From contig OZ024740.1 of the NCBI GenBank assembly GCA_964016885.1, positions 98,084,001 through 98,148,000 on the forward strand: DNA of 64,000 bases, read 5' to 3'. The notes beneath the pieces were generated by a model that ran no database searches, was not told the DNA's origin, and saw only the letters and a program-made list of their open reading frames with translations. Below are positions 1 through 13,470 of the stretch, piece after piece; the stretch's first letter is position 1, and each line of letters begins with the position of its first letter. The stretch comes from Eledone cirrhosa (Eukaryota). A program made the translations under genes and the position numbers.

Positions 1-19
1 ATATATATATATATATATA

Positions 20-1190
20 AGTAGTAGCACATCAGTTAGTTCACCATTCCGAGAACAATTGTTTCACCTTAGCGGATCTTCAGCTCGGACTGGTCGTGGT
101 TAAACGGAACAGGAAGCGAATGGTATAAGGGAGATAACTGCGAAAGTCCGGAAAAGATGTTCCAGTTGATTAGAAGATTAGAATGTTGTTGTTATTCAAT
201 CCTGAGCTTTCTAGTTGTGCAAGAGGTGTTTCCAGACGTGTGGACAACGTGGGAAGATTTCATTTCTTGAATTTAGGCAATCCTTAGAATATTTATCCTT
301 TCTTCAATACACAATCCACAATATGAATTGCCTCTTGCGTATGGCTTGGACTTAGTGATAGCTTTCCATTGAATGGAGTAGTCTATATCTCAGTCCTTGA
401 GCTACCATACAAGCCTCACGAGTTTTGTGGATGATCGTTTGTCCGGGTACCTAAAGGTCGACTGATGGTTCAGGAAGCGTTTGTCCGGGTACCTAAAGGT
501 CGACTGATGGTTCAGGAAGCGTTCCTGAAATTGGCTCTCCGCCATACCCACATAGGATTTGACCTCCTGTGGTTAATTTGGTCGGTTGGAGGTGACCACA
601 GCTTCATAAACTACAGCGGGTGTGTTGCATTGCTGTTGTGTTGAAGGGGACACGCTTCTGGCTTTCGGCTAGAGTATCCTGGTGGGGTGACACTCTTAGG
701 ACTCTTGGTGATGTGGGCCTTCATATTCTTAGTGCAAGAGAACCCAAGTTTTAATATGTGTCTGTTACCTATGAGAAAGTTTCTAAGAGGCTAAAATTGT
801 TTTTCCTACATTAGTTTTCACGTTGGGTGAGAAGGGAGGAGAGAACCAGATAGTTTGTCTATTATTACGATTTATTTTCTTGTTGTTGTTGTTAGTGGGG
901 GAGGAAGTAATTGGTTGTGAGAAGCCGATGTTAGTTAACGCCATGTTATAGTAGAGTGCTGCTCTGTCAAAGATAGCTTTATTAGAGGCGAGGTTAGAGA
1001 TTGTAGTACTGATATTATTTACGAAGTTTCTAAAAACAGTGGGAGGTTGGCATGAGCCCTTGTGTGTGTAATTACGTTTTCCGTTTAGCTTATGAAAGGG
1101 TCTGAAGGTGTGTGTCCGAAGGTCTAAATTAATGCCTAAGAAATCTACACTTGAGAGTTTGGTAGCTACTGTTACCCTAAGTCCTACATC

Positions 1191-1197
<7 letters not shown>
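20..1197 (-). mobile_element. Penelope-like element (Naiad-like, family A), 5'-truncated and decayed: RT C-terminus, GIY-YIG, 3' end with hammerhead
   Basis: ORF 783..1259(-) reads VDFLGINLDL..FRPFHK..NISTTISNLASNKAIFD..YYNMAL..IWFSPPFSPNVKTNVGK (PLE RT thumb/linker). 200..755 is the reverse complement of the GIY-YIG segment at 1190..1720. Begins at a (TA)n tract. Confidence 0.88.
48..89 (-). ncRNA. Type I minimal hammerhead ribozyme (family A)
   Basis: Minus strand: TCCGAG-CTGAAGA-tccgctaaggt-GAAA-caattg-TT-CTCGGA; 6-bp stem I, palindromic stem III. Confidence 0.8.
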
Positions 1198-2178
<981 letters not shown>

Positions 2179-2963
2179 GATAAAATGAACGACCCATCGG
2201 GTCACGTTCATTTAAGAATTTGTTTTTTTTAAATCATGTACACTTAAAAATAATTTTTCAATAATTAAAATGTATACAGACATGTATATAATGTAAAATA
2301 TAATTGGAAGGCCCATATATATATATATGTGTGTGTATGTGTGTGTGTGTGTGTGTGTGGGGGGGTGTTGCTTCTCTGACCTATATACACTAGTCACATG
2401 CACATATACACACACACTTAGAAACCCTTCCTATTTAACAGAAAATATTCGCTACAACATCCTGTCTGTCCTAACACAAGTTATATGTTACCTATGGCTT
2501 AATATTCAGTCACCAAATTCCAGCTAGATACAGTAATGCTGTATTTGATTATTTGAAGTCACCTGTTATAATTTCATTCAATAATACAACCAGCTCTCTC
2601 TCTATCTATTTATCTTTCTACCCTGTCCCCTTATCTCTATGTCTCTCTTTCAATCTACTCTCTCACAACCACTATCTCTTTCCCTATCTCTGTTTGTAAA
2701 GGTACCTGGAGAAACCCTGTATCCCCGGTACCTGGAAAAACCCTGTATCCCTGGAACCTGTACTCCGATTTATGCGAAACATGTTTTATTCCATTTGTAT
2801 TCCCATTTCAGGAGCAACTTCCTTTCAAAGAATTGTTTTACCATGCACTGTAGTCGTATATAGTAGTATATAGATTGGCTTGGTTTTATGAATGTAATTT
2901 TTATGTGTTTGGAATCCGACTGTCTTTTCCAGGAGATGCTTTGTTTTCTGACTGCATTATTTA

Positions 2964-3138
2964 CCGGTAGAGGGTCGGACGCCATGCTTTGACGCATAGA
3001 GCTACGGCCCTTGCCATTCTGTGATCAAATCCCGCCGAGGTTAACTTTGCCTTTCATCCTTACGGGGTCGATAAAATAAAGTAGCAGTAATGTACTGGAT
3101 AATTGCTGGCCCTGTGCCAAAGGTAGAAACAATTATTT
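2964..3138 (+). mobile_element. tRNA-derived SINE family 1 (Nin/Deu-like core)
   Basis: Shared core gttaactttgcctttcatccttacggggtcgataaaataaag and tail ggccctgtgccaaaggtagaaacaattatt; many copies in the window. Confidence 0.8.
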
Positions 3139-3172
3139 ACGTATTAGACATTCAATAATTGCTTGTGTCTGT

Positions 3173-3206
<34 letters not shown>

Positions 3207-3207
3207 A

Positions 3208-3422
3208 AGCAACGATCGACTTTCGTCAAATCGGACCGAGGGAACAATGTTTCCGTTGGTCTTTCCAATTGCTAATACTATCTATCGGTCGCAACACCAG
3301 GTAGAAGGAGCAACGTGAAATAAAGTGTCTTGCTCAAGGACATAACGCATCGCCTGGTCCAGGAATCGAACTCACAACCTTACGATTGCGAATCCAATTC
3401 TCTAACCACTCAGCCACACGCC
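3208..3422 (-). mobile_element. tRNA-derived SINE family 2 (CORE-like gtccttgagcaagacactt domain), non-RTE tail
   Basis: Minus strand: A box tggctgagtgg, B box gagttcgattcc, then gtccttgagcaagacactttatttcac. Confidence 0.75.
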
Positions 3423-4355
3423 AACTCTATAAACCAAGCCAAAATAAGTTCTGTATGAGCAAATCATAGTCACCCGACAAAGCTTTGCCCACAACAGGAC
3501 AACTCGTCTAACCCATGCTAGTGTGGAAAATGGATGCAAAACGGTGATGATGATGTCAGACAGATGTCCACTATCACATGTGGCTGTCAGATACACATGC
3601 ATTTTCTCAAAACATTTTTCATTTCTTCTTCATCTCATTTTCCTCTATCTTTCTATTTTGCATATTAATTCTCTTTCTATCTTTTGATAACATATTAGCG
3701 TCCAACATGTTGACATTTTTCTTAATATATCAAGCATTAAACTAATATACAACTTTATTTTACTGTATTTTTGATTATGCATTGTACTATATATGTGTGA
3801 ATGAAGTAAATGGAATCACTATTTTCTTTTCGCTCATACATACATACATACACACAGGCATCCGTACAGAGATACATACATACATTCAGAGATAAGCCAA
3901 AAAAAAAAGTTTGCCAGCAGGAAGGCCTAAAATGGACACATAAATATACATACATGCATATATACATTCACACCCAAACTGTAAAAGTAAATGCTGAGGT
4001 ATGATGCAGAAATCTTTTATTTTGTCCCTGAATATATTTATCTAAGCTACATTGCAATATTTATTTATACTTCAGTTCTTGTAATGAACAAATGAGGTTT
4101 TGATTTGATGACTATGCCTTTCCTAGAATCTCCAAATCCTATCATATGATTGAAAGCACAAATATCATCATCACCCTCTTTTTCTTTCGAAGCAATTTAG
4201 ATAGAGAAGAAGCAATGTTATTAGAATATATGACTTTCAGCAAGCTATTTATATTACATTTTGGTGGAATAAATAATCAACATTATAACATAGAAAATCC
4301 TTCTCCTTTCCCTACTTCTCATCATTGAAATCATTATTATTATCATCCCCCTCAT

Positions 4356-4540
4356 GGCAGTGGATTAGCAGTGGATTAGCAGTATCGGTAGAGGGTCGGA
4401 CACATAGAGTTGCGGCCCTTGCCATTCTGAGTTCAAATCCCGCCGAGGTTAACTTTGCCTTTCATCCTTACTGGGTCGATAAAATAAAGTACCAGTAATG
4501 CACTGGGATAATTGCTGGCCTTGTGCCAAAAGTAGAAACA
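4356..4540 (+). mobile_element. SINE family 1 with 18-bp TSD
   Basis: B box gagttcaaatcc and family core; TSD attattatcatccccctc at 4336..4353 and 4541..4558. Confidence 0.85.
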
Positions 4541-5045
4541 ATTATTATCATCCCCCTCTTCCTTTGTATTATTCTCTATCACCCACTTGTCTTTTATACA
4601 CATCCTTATATTATTATAATTACTACCATCATCATTACCATTGTTCTTGATGTCAGGATCATGATGTTCATCATCATCATAAGACCTTAGAAAATATATA
4701 CACAGACATCCACCTACATGAATTATGTGGAGTAACCTCCGTTGCCCAGCCATTTATCTCCTGGCCAGTAAAATCATCAACCATGTAATCTGCTGTGGTC
4801 AATATGAAGCAGCATTACTTTTGCAGCTATAGAAATAAACTTACTCATAACCATTCATGAAGTTGTCTGCTCAGTCAACTGTTGAATTTATACCAGTGAA
4901 ACTTTGAGTAACAATGGTGTGATTCACGACTGTTAACTAATAAATACAAATTATACATCATTTATTGAAAAGTATTGTGTTTTGTTTTCTTTATAAAAAG
5001 TATATATATATAAATTATAAGAACATTTATTATTACTATATGTAT

Positions 5046-5233
5046 GGCCAGTGGATTCGCAGTATCGGTAGAGGGTCTGACACCATACTTTGCAGCAAAG
5101 TGTTACGGCACTTTATGGTCTGAGTTCAAATCCCGCCGAGGTTAACTTTGCCTTTCATCCTTACGGAGTCGAAAAAATAAAGCACCAGTAATACACTGGG
5201 ATAATTGCTGGCCTTATGCCAAATGTAGAAACA
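5046..5233 (+). mobile_element. SINE family 1
   Basis: Full head, core and tail; flanked by attattacta(t/c)atgtat direct repeat. Confidence 0.85.
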
Positions 5234-5360
5234 ATTATTACTACATGTATATATACATTATATATGTGTGTGTGTATATATATATATATTATAGCTAATA
5301 AGTTAGTCTTGTTACTCGGGAGTATCAGCTGCGCATGTGCAGATCCATCAGATGAGACGG

Positions 5361-5393
<33 letters not shown>

Positions 5394-7754
5394 ATGTATA
5401 TGTGTGTTTGAAAACTAAATGGGAAAAAAATATATTAGTTTAATGCTCAAGAGGAAGGAGTAAAAAATATTTTTTGTATATGTGTGTTCAGTCAGCCACC
5501 TTGGGAAAAAAATAAAAAAATATATATCATCATCATTATATGTCCATTTTTCCTTGTGTGCATACGTTTGTGTAGCAACAGAAATGGCTGGCATTAGGAA
5601 AGGTGTCTGGCCAGAAATCATTGCCTCACAATATAAAATCCAGCCTAAGCCAGTGTGGGCAAGTGGACATAGAAAAGATGGTCATGGCAGTGATGGAGAC
5701 AATGATGATGTATTTGCATGTGTATGAAAGAGTTTATGTGTAAAATGCAGGTGTTTGTGTATGACGTTAACTTTTAGGTATAAAAGTGGTAATAACTGCT
5801 CAGTATGGTATATTGTATTTTCATTATTCAGAATAGTAACTAGTGTTGAAATTTATGACAACACAGAACTCTTATTAGATTTCTATGAATGTAAAAGTAT
5901 ATATACAAAAAAAAAGAAGAAAATAGGAATAAAAAGAAAAAGAAATTAAAAGATGTGGGGAGGGGAGAATGTGATAAACCAGTGTTGTTTTCTGCCTACT
6001 ATCTTCATTCTGGTGTTTTCTTTATAAGTTTCCAGATTGAAGTTAAGGACATAAACAGTCAGTTGATGTCAGTTAGGGGATTTCATGTCCATTTTTCATG
6101 CGATCATTCTTGAATATACTCTCTACAATGTTTCACTTTCACCACAGACTTTCAGATCAGTGGTGCGGAACATCTGCTTTTTCACTGCTTTAGAAATCGC
6201 ATTCCTCACAACCGACATTATATATATCAATGTCTTTGAATATTATTACTTAAGGTATGGTAAAGATCTCAATTCTTATCCTGTCCAACAAATCTACTTT
6301 GAAATTCCTTAGCTGATTAGTTATACAGCAAAGCTAAAGAATAAGAACAAAAGCCATTGGTGAGACTAACACTTCCTACCTACCCTTCTCCTATACTGAT
6401 ACTTCCCTTCCATTGCCCAAACCTTAGCTTGCTTCGTTCACATGAATAATTACTCATGGCAGAAATTTTTGGTTTTAGTTCCTTCGATTACTAACATATA
6501 GTTAGTTTCTTCTATGCATGATAGCTAAAAGTGTTAAGGTGGCTATTTATGACTGTATGTCTTATCTTAATTATGTTTATGCTTATGTGTGTATATGCAT
6601 GTAGGTATGCATGTATATATATACTTATATATATATTTATATGATAAAACAATGTTGTCTCTGATCGAGACAAAGCAAGTGTGTATTTGAATACATAAAA
6701 AAATGAGAAAACTTATTACTATAACAGGCTCATAGGACAGAGACCTCTCTGTCCTATGAGGCATTTTTTCCCTTCACTGTCTTTGACAGCATTAAGCTAT
6801 TTTAGCAGCTGTTCTAGCAATGAGTTTTCTCATTTTTATATGTATATATATATATATGCAGCATATCTGTATCAAAACACAGCCACTGTACTTACTATTA
6901 ACTAAAATGTGTGGACTTTGAACTACGGGTTGCAGTATCATTACTGCAATCATGCACATTTATTGAGTGGGTGAGGCATTGGCCGGAGACAGTTGAGTTT
7001 AATATCATCTATTTTCGCAAACATTGTATATATACACACATATATATATATATATGTCAGGTCACCAGTTGGTGCTACTGGTAACATGTATCCCAGTACA
7101 ACCTGTCTCATGGTCGGGTCATTGGCGACTAAACTGGCAACCCCACCAAGGTTTCTTGGTGAGGAGGGTGACTTTGGACATCCAGCAGGACTAAAAACAA
7201 AACCTGTCAAAGGGCAAAGGAGCTCTGAAGAGTCAATGGCCATCCAAAATCACCGGGAGAGATGACCCCTTAGCCTTTGTCAAGGCAGAATTCTAGGAGA
7301 AGGAAAACTCTGATATAACACCTGCAACCCTGATGGTATCCAATGATGTTGACTTGTTCTTCTTTTTGGTAAATATCATCTTGGTTAAGAGAGTGGGACT
7401 GGCTTTGTGCAGTGCCTTTGCTCACTATAAAAGCTTCACGACACAGGCATTACTTTATATCTGGAGATCTCTCTGCACTTGTCATCACATGGTACCATGG
7501 GCCCAGCACTATGTGTCAATAATTGTCACAAGTGTAGTGTTTGTACCAGAGTTTTCAAGTCGCCGGCTGGACTAAAAAGTCACAGTCGTTCAGCGCATCG
7601 GTAGGGGTTCTCCTACATGGATATAAAGTAGTGGCCATACTCGAAAACGAGTTGGCAGCCACCATATATATATGTATATAAATGAAAGTATAGAAATTAT
7701 TGTGAGCGTGAAGCCAACAGTATTTTATAATATATATATATATATATATATATA

Positions 7755-7823
7755 GAAGTGGTAACACAACAGTTAGTTCACCATACCGAGAACAATTGTT
7801 TCACCTTAGCGGATCTTCAGCTC
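7755..7823 (-). mobile_element. Very short 3' fragment of Penelope-like family A, essentially only the hammerhead
   Basis: Near-identical to 20..86; gag-CTGAAGA-tccgctaaggt-GAAA-caattg-TT-ctcgg on the minus strand; abuts (TA)n. Confidence 0.8.
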
Positions 7824-7890
7824 ATACAAAATGAGCAGCTTCATTTTGTTCATTAGATTCCATTTAGACAAATATCTATATGTATATATG

Positions 7891-7928
<38 letters not shown>

Positions 7929-7958
7929 TACATATAGATATTTGTATACATATATACG

Positions 7959-7992
<34 letters not shown>

Positions 7993-7994
<2 letters not shown>

Positions 7995-10900
7995 AATGTA
8001 GGCACCCTAAAGGGTCGCGCTAACGAGGTTGTAGAAATGCTTGAACGTAAGGAGGTCGATGTTTGTTGTATTCAAGAGACCAGGTGGAGGGGTGGGTCTG
8101 CTAGGTTCATTGAGGGTAAAAAACGTTGTTATAAGCTTTTCTGGGTGGGAAACGACGATGGGCTGGGTGGAGTAGGAATCATGGTAGCAGAAAAGTGGGC
8201 AGATAAGATAATAGACGTAAATAGAGTGAACGACAGAATAATTAAAATACGACTTGTCCTCAATAGAACTACGGTGACAGTAATATCTGCGTACGCACCC
8301 CAATCCGGACTGCCCGGCACTATAAAAGACAGATTCTATGAGACACTGATGCTAACTACCTCCCAAATATCCGACAGTGACTATATAATTATCGCAGGCG
8401 ACCTAAATGGTCACGTTGGACAACATTGTGACGGCTACGACGAAATCCATGGAGGCTATGGGTTTGGTACTAGAAATGAGGAAGGCTCCAGAATCCTGGA
8501 ATTCTGTGATGCAAATAACCTAACTATCTGTAACACTAACTTCAAAAAACGTGACAATCACCTGATCACCTATAGATCCGGGGAACACACAAGCCAGGTA
8601 GATTATATCCTTACCAGAAGACGTGACAGAGTGTCTGTTGTTAACACTAAATCCCTCCCCCATGAAGAATGCACCTCCCAACATAGACTGATAATTAGCG
8701 ACCTCATAGTCAGGACGAGACGTACTCGACAACAGAAGAGGACTATCCTCAGGAGGAAAATATGGAAGTTAAAGGACCCCACAGCCAGGAATAAATTTCA
8801 AAGCATATTACTTGATGCTTTCGACAGTAAGGAAGAACATTTAGAGTCGGACAATATAGAGGGAGAGTGGGAATTTCTGAAAGCAAACCTGCTGTTGGCG
8901 ACAGACGAGGTCTGTGGCTGGAGCAGGCCTGTAGGCAGGAGGAGAGTAACATGGTGGTGGAACAGTAAGGTGGAGGGGTCAATTAAGGCCAAAAAGCAGG
9001 CTTGGAAAGTATGGCGGGATGGGGGAAGTAGAGAGGACTATCAAGTGGCCAGGAGGGAAGCTAGGAGACAAGTGTACTTAGCAAGAAGGGAAGCTGAGGA
9101 AAGAAAGTTCAAGCATGTTCTACAACGCGATGACCAAAAACGTGAGGTGTTCAGGATTGCTAGGCAATGCGTCAAGGAAAACCGTGATATTGTCGGGGAG
9201 AAGTGTGTACTAAACGACGATGGCACACTTGCCATCACCGACGCTGATAAGAAGGTAGCTTGGAAGTGTCACTATGAAAGGCTTCTAAATGAGGAGAATA
9301 ATTGGGAGAAAGGCAGTCTCCCCCATATCGACCCAATAGAGGGACCAGCAGTGTTAGTCGAGGGGAGTATAATAAGTAAGGCAATCAAGGATATGAAGAC
9401 TGGTAAGGCGGCTGGGCCTTCGGAAATAGTTGCTGAGATGCTGAAGGCATCTGGCACGGTGGGACACACCATGGTCACCCGCATAGTTAACCAAGTCGTA
9501 CAAAACGGGGTTGTTCCGAAGGACTGGCATAGCAGCATCATCGTTAACTGTTATAAGGGTAAAGGAGACGCCCTAGATAGGAGTAACTATAGAGGCATTA
9601 AATTAATCGACCAGGTCATGAAGGTCACGGAAAGAGTAATAGCGCAACTAATCAGAGAGAGAATTGACCTAGATGAAATGCAGTTCGGGTTTGTGTCAGG
9701 CAAAAGTACCACAGACGCTCTTTTCATAGTACGACAACTACAAGAGAAGTACCTAGCTAAGGGTAAACCCCTCTACTTAGCTTTTGTCGACTTGGAGAAA
9801 GCCTTCGACAGAGTCCCCCGCTCCATTATCTGGTGGGCTCTTAGAAAACTAGGCGTTGACGAATGGCTTGTGAGGGCTATACAAGCCATGTATAAAGAAA
9901 CAGTCAGCAAGGTTAGAATTAACAACGAATATAGTGAAGAGTTTAGCGTAAAAGTCGGCGTCCATCAGGGCTCTGTTCTCAGTCCACTACTATTTATTAT
10001 TGCCCTTCAGGCCATAACAGAGGAGTTCAAGACAGGCTGCCCATGGGAACTCCTATACGCAGACGACCTGACACTCATAGCGGAATCAATGGCCGAGCTA
10101 GAGAAGAAATTCCAAACATGGAAGCACGGCCTAGAGTCAAAAGGACTTAAAATTAACCTGGCTAAGACCAAAGTACTAGTTTGTAGGAAAGAAAACAAGG
10201 CGGCGGTCCCTTCTGGGAAATGGTCGTGCTCGGTGTGTAGGAAAGGCGTAGGTAGAAACTCCATTTTATGTCCTAAATGCAAAGTATGGGTGCATAAAAG
10301 ATGTAGTGGGATCACAGGTAGGCTAACTAAGAACATAGATTTTACATGTGGCCGGTGCTCTGGTGCAATAAGTAGCAGCAAGTGCCCACAAACTACTAGC
10401 TCTTTCAATTGCGCAGAGGGTTCTATAGAAATAGTGGACAGCTTCCGTTACCTGGGCGATAAAATCAGCAGTGGGGGAGGGTGCTCTGAAAGTACTGTAG
10501 CTAGAGTCAGAACTGGTTGGAAAAAGTTCAGAGAGCTTATACCACTATTAGCTGCTAAAGGGTTCTCACTAAAAATGAAAGGCAGGTTGTACGATGCCTG
10601 CATACGAACAGCAATGCTGCATGGCAGTGAGACCTGGGCATTGTGTGCAGAGGATATACGCAGACTAGAGAGGAACGAAGCTTGCATGCTCCGCTGGATG
10701 TGTAACAGTAATATACGTGAACGGCAAAGCATAAACGAACTAAGGAATAAATTAGAGATAAGAGGGATCAGATGTTGTTTACTCGAGAGAAGGCTACGTT
10801 GGTATGGACACGTGATGCGCATGAAAGTCGATAGCTGTATAACAAAGTGCAGGGCAATAAAGATAGACGGTAGTCACGGAATAGGCAGACCTAGAAAAAC

Positions 10901-11402
10901 CTGGGACGAGCTGATAAACTCCGACATCACACACTTACACCTCTCCAAGACAATGTCACTGGACCGAGACCTTTGGCGGTACTCAGTAACAGAGAAGACC
11001 CGCCTTACCTAAATATATAGTAAAACCTACTCCAGCCAGTAGGCATCTCTAACAAATACACCCCGTCCCACCACCCCCACCCGATCCACACCACCCCGTT
11101 CTATGTAAAGTTATGTTGGTGCCGCGCCATCGAGGCCGAAACAAATGAGATCGTGTAGGTGTCACGACAAAAAAACACACAGTCCACGCTGTAATGTGGC
11201 CGTGTAGGCAACACGGTAAAAACCTCCCAGACCCACACTGTAAATGTGGTTGGTGTTAGGAAGGGCATCCAACTGTAGAAAACCTGCCAGACAGTCCTAT
11301 GCGAGCAAGACAATCACTCTTGCCTCAAGTGGGACTACCCCCGTCCAAACCCATGCAAGCGTGGAACACGGACGTTAAACGTTGATGATGATGATGATGA
11401 TG

Positions 11403-11403
<1 letters not shown>
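7993..11403 (+). mobile_element. RTE-clade LINE, near full-length, 5' end clipped inside the first APE motif
   Basis: Starts at [16 protein letters not shown]; single long ORF, 3' UTR and (GAT)n tail; flanked by (TA)n on both sides. Confidence 0.95.
8037..11012 (+). CDS. APE endonuclease - reverse transcriptase polyprotein (RTE clade) with internal PHD-like zinc finger
   Basis: 991 aa without stops. APE motifs [32 protein letters not shown]; RT motifs [44 protein letters not shown]; C4HC3 at about 10228..10358. Confidence 0.95.
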   Translation: MLERKEVDVCCIQETRWRGGSARFIEGKKRCYKLFWVGNDDGLGGVGIMVAEKWADKIIDVNRVNDRIIKIRLVLNRTTVTVISAYAPQSGLPGTIKDRFYETLMLTTSQISDSDYIIIAGDLNGHVGQHCDGYDEIHGGYGFGTRNEEGSRILEFCDANNLTICNTNFKKRDNHLITYRSGEHTSQVDYILTRRRDRVSVVNTKSLPHEECTSQHRLIISDLIVRTRRTRQQKRTILRRKIWKLKDPTARNKFQSILLDAFDSKEEHLESDNIEGEWEFLKANLLLATDEVCGWSRPVGRRRVTWWWNSKVEGSIKAKKQAWKVWRDGGSREDYQVARREARRQVYLARREAEERKFKHVLQRDDQKREVFRIARQCVKENRDIVGEKCVLNDDGTLAITDADKKVAWKCHYERLLNEENNWEKGSLPHIDPIEGPAVLVEGSIISKAIKDMKTGKAAGPSEIVAEMLKASGTVGHTMVTRIVNQVVQNGVVPKDWHSSIIVNCYKGKGDALDRSNYRGIKLIDQVMKVTERVIAQLIRERIDLDEMQFGFVSGKSTTDALFIVRQLQEKYLAKGKPLYLAFVDLEKAFDRVPRSIIWWALRKLGVDEWLVRAIQAMYKETVSKVRINNEYSEEFSVKVGVHQGSVLSPLLFIIALQAITEEFKTGCPWELLYADDLTLIAESMAELEKKFQTWKHGLESKGLKINLAKTKVLVCRKENKAAVPSGKWSCSVCRKGVGRNSILCPKCKVWVHKRCSGITGRLTKNIDFTCGRCSGAISSSKCPQTTSSFNCAEGSIEIVDSFRYLGDKISSGGGCSESTVARVRTGWKKFRELIPLLAAKGFSLKMKGRLYDACIRTAMLHGSETWALCAEDIRRLERNEACMLRWMCNSNIRERQSINELRNKLEIRGIRCCLLERRLRWYGHVMRMKVDSCITKCRAIKIDGSHGIGRPRKTWDELINSDITHLHLSKTMSLDRDLWRYSVTEKTRLT

Positions 11404-11434
<31 letters not shown>

Positions 11435-11498
11435 CGTAAGATAAGAAAATTATAAAATTATAAAAAAATTATAAAATTGACTTACTTACTAAAATATC

Positions 11499-11580
11499 AC
11501 TTCCAACTAATTAGTTTCTGGAATGGAGTAAATATATTTTCCGAAGAACATATTGAAAAGCATTCCGTCGTCAGGAAAGT
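11499..11580 (-). ncRNA. Type I hammerhead ribozyme with long stem II loop (family D), in a short insertion at about 11430..11760
   Basis: Minus strand: ACTTTC-CTGACGA-cGGAATG...CATTCCa-GAAA-ctaattag-TT-GGAAGT; all core residues canonical. Confidence 0.75.
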
Positions 11581-11796
11581 CTCTTTTCATGTAAGTTTCC
11601 AGGCATAGCGAGGACTCTGGAAACTTATTAAAAAAATAATTCAGTGGAGAGGAAATAGCGAAGCGTGGACTGAAATCCTAGCCATTGAGAAAATCACTGC
11701 CTCTACGTCTGTGGCAAATGTTACTAAGACAAAACCTATATATTTGCTAGCATTGGTATGCATCTGTATGTATATAAATGTTACTAGATATAAATT

Positions 11797-11830
<34 letters not shown>

Positions 11831-11835
<5 letters not shown>

Positions 11836-12024
11836 AATGAGTAGGACCCCGACGGCTGAGCTCAAGCCGTTTCGACGGCTAATTCTGGAATAAAATTAGC
11901 CGTCGAAACGGCTTGAGCTCAGCCGTCGGGGTCCTACTCGTTCCTATTACCCACTCTACTACCCTAAGTATTGAGTACTTTGGTGCGTTATGGTCCACCT
12001 GGTTCCTTACCACATTTCCTTCAT

Positions 12025-12025
<1 letters not shown>
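11831..12025. repeat. 54-bp-arm palindrome plus unique tail between (TA)n tracts; each arm holds the 3' half of a hammerhead
   Basis: Arms 11831..11884 and 11894..11947 with one mismatch; arm reads gccgtc-GAAA-cggct-tgagctc-agccg-TC-ggggtcc. Confidence 0.85.
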
Positions 12026-12190
<165 letters not shown>

Positions 12191-13369
12191 GATATTTGTC
12201 TAAATGGAATCTAATGAACAAAATGAAGTTGCTCAGACTCATCTGGCTTTGGACATAACAGCCCATCCAACCCATGCCAACATGATAAGCAGACTTGAAA
12301 TGATGGTGATGATGCTGAAATGATGATGATGGTGATGATACATATATGTGTAAAGTGGTCAATTTGGTAGAGTCGGTAGAGCATCAGACATTTACTTCAT
12401 GTTCCGTGTTTAAATCCCAGTAAGGTTTGCTTTGCCTTTCATTGTTTAGGGGTTGATATCTAAAGTACCATTCTAATCCTGATTCTGACCTCTCTTTCCA
12501 GCTCTCTTTGATGTTTTACTGGATCATACGAGTTCTTGGGGGAAGAGAGCCATGCTCCCAACTGTATGGGTGCCTCAAATATTTAATGAAAGCCTGATGC
12601 ACACAACCAAATCGTATTTGATTGTGAGACACAACTGTAATGTTAGACATATGTGTACATATTTTCAAATAGTCAACAGGGAACAAAAATACAGAACAAT
12701 ACAGTGATGTTATATTAGTTTAATACTTGATATAGTGGAAGAGTGTCTTAATATTTAGAACATTATGTGTGGGTAACAGAGAAGTCTTTGATGTATGATT
12801 TATGTTTTGTCTGTTTAGAGATGTCATAATTTATCAGCAGCCTATACTATCATTACCTCAATGATTCAAGCGTGGAGAATATGAAAAACACCAGGCACAA
12901 GGTGCTTTACCATCCCAGTAGACAGAGTGGAAAAAGAATTACTCTGGAGCATAGCAAGAGAGATGTATTGAAATATATATTCCAAATCACTGTCTTGATA
13001 GCAATAAGTAGGGATGTAGTCTGAGGACAAAAAATACCAGAAATCTCCATCACTTCAAGTTCAACACCACATCTATTGGAAAGCAGCTGATACTTCAACA
13101 TTTGTGAGCTTCAGCTTCTTGGGTAATGAAACTTGTGTCTTGTGGCATGAAAAGATAAGTACTGTGCAAGCAACATCCCATTGGAAAATTTCTAAATGAT
13201 TTTACACTATTATGAAGACTGGAGTAATCAAACATTATGCCTGTGTATTTGAAAGATGGTTCAACACATATAAGGTAAATCCTATATTCGAAAACACATG
13301 GTCTCAATAAGTCTTTTGAAATTAACTTATAGTCAATCAATTCTATTGAACAGTAAGTGACACATCTAG

Positions 13370-13470
13370 AGGAAATGGTGTGAACACTTTTAGCAGTAAC
13401 AAAACAGAATAACAAGGCCCCAGGTATGGATGGCATAAATGCAGAGCTTCTTAAATGTGGTGGGGTGGGG
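13370..13470 (+). mobile_element. Old LINE RT fragment (RTE-like)
   Basis: aaggccccaggtatggatggcataaatgcagagcttcttaaatgtggtggg translates KAPGMDGINAELLKCGG (RT domain 0 motif); flanks decayed. Confidence 0.55.

Noticed and set aside
7057-7555. Possible 5' UTR of another RTE-like element
   Set aside because: Only a vague resemblance; no coding motif or second copy in the window.
7590-7665. Hairpins with GAAA (ctcgaaaacgag) as a hammerhead
   Set aside because: No CTGANGA core and no matching stem I.
10007-10822. Antisense ORFs over the RTE RT (also 15630..16004 and 45861..46361)
   Set aside because: Shadow frames of the LINE ORF.
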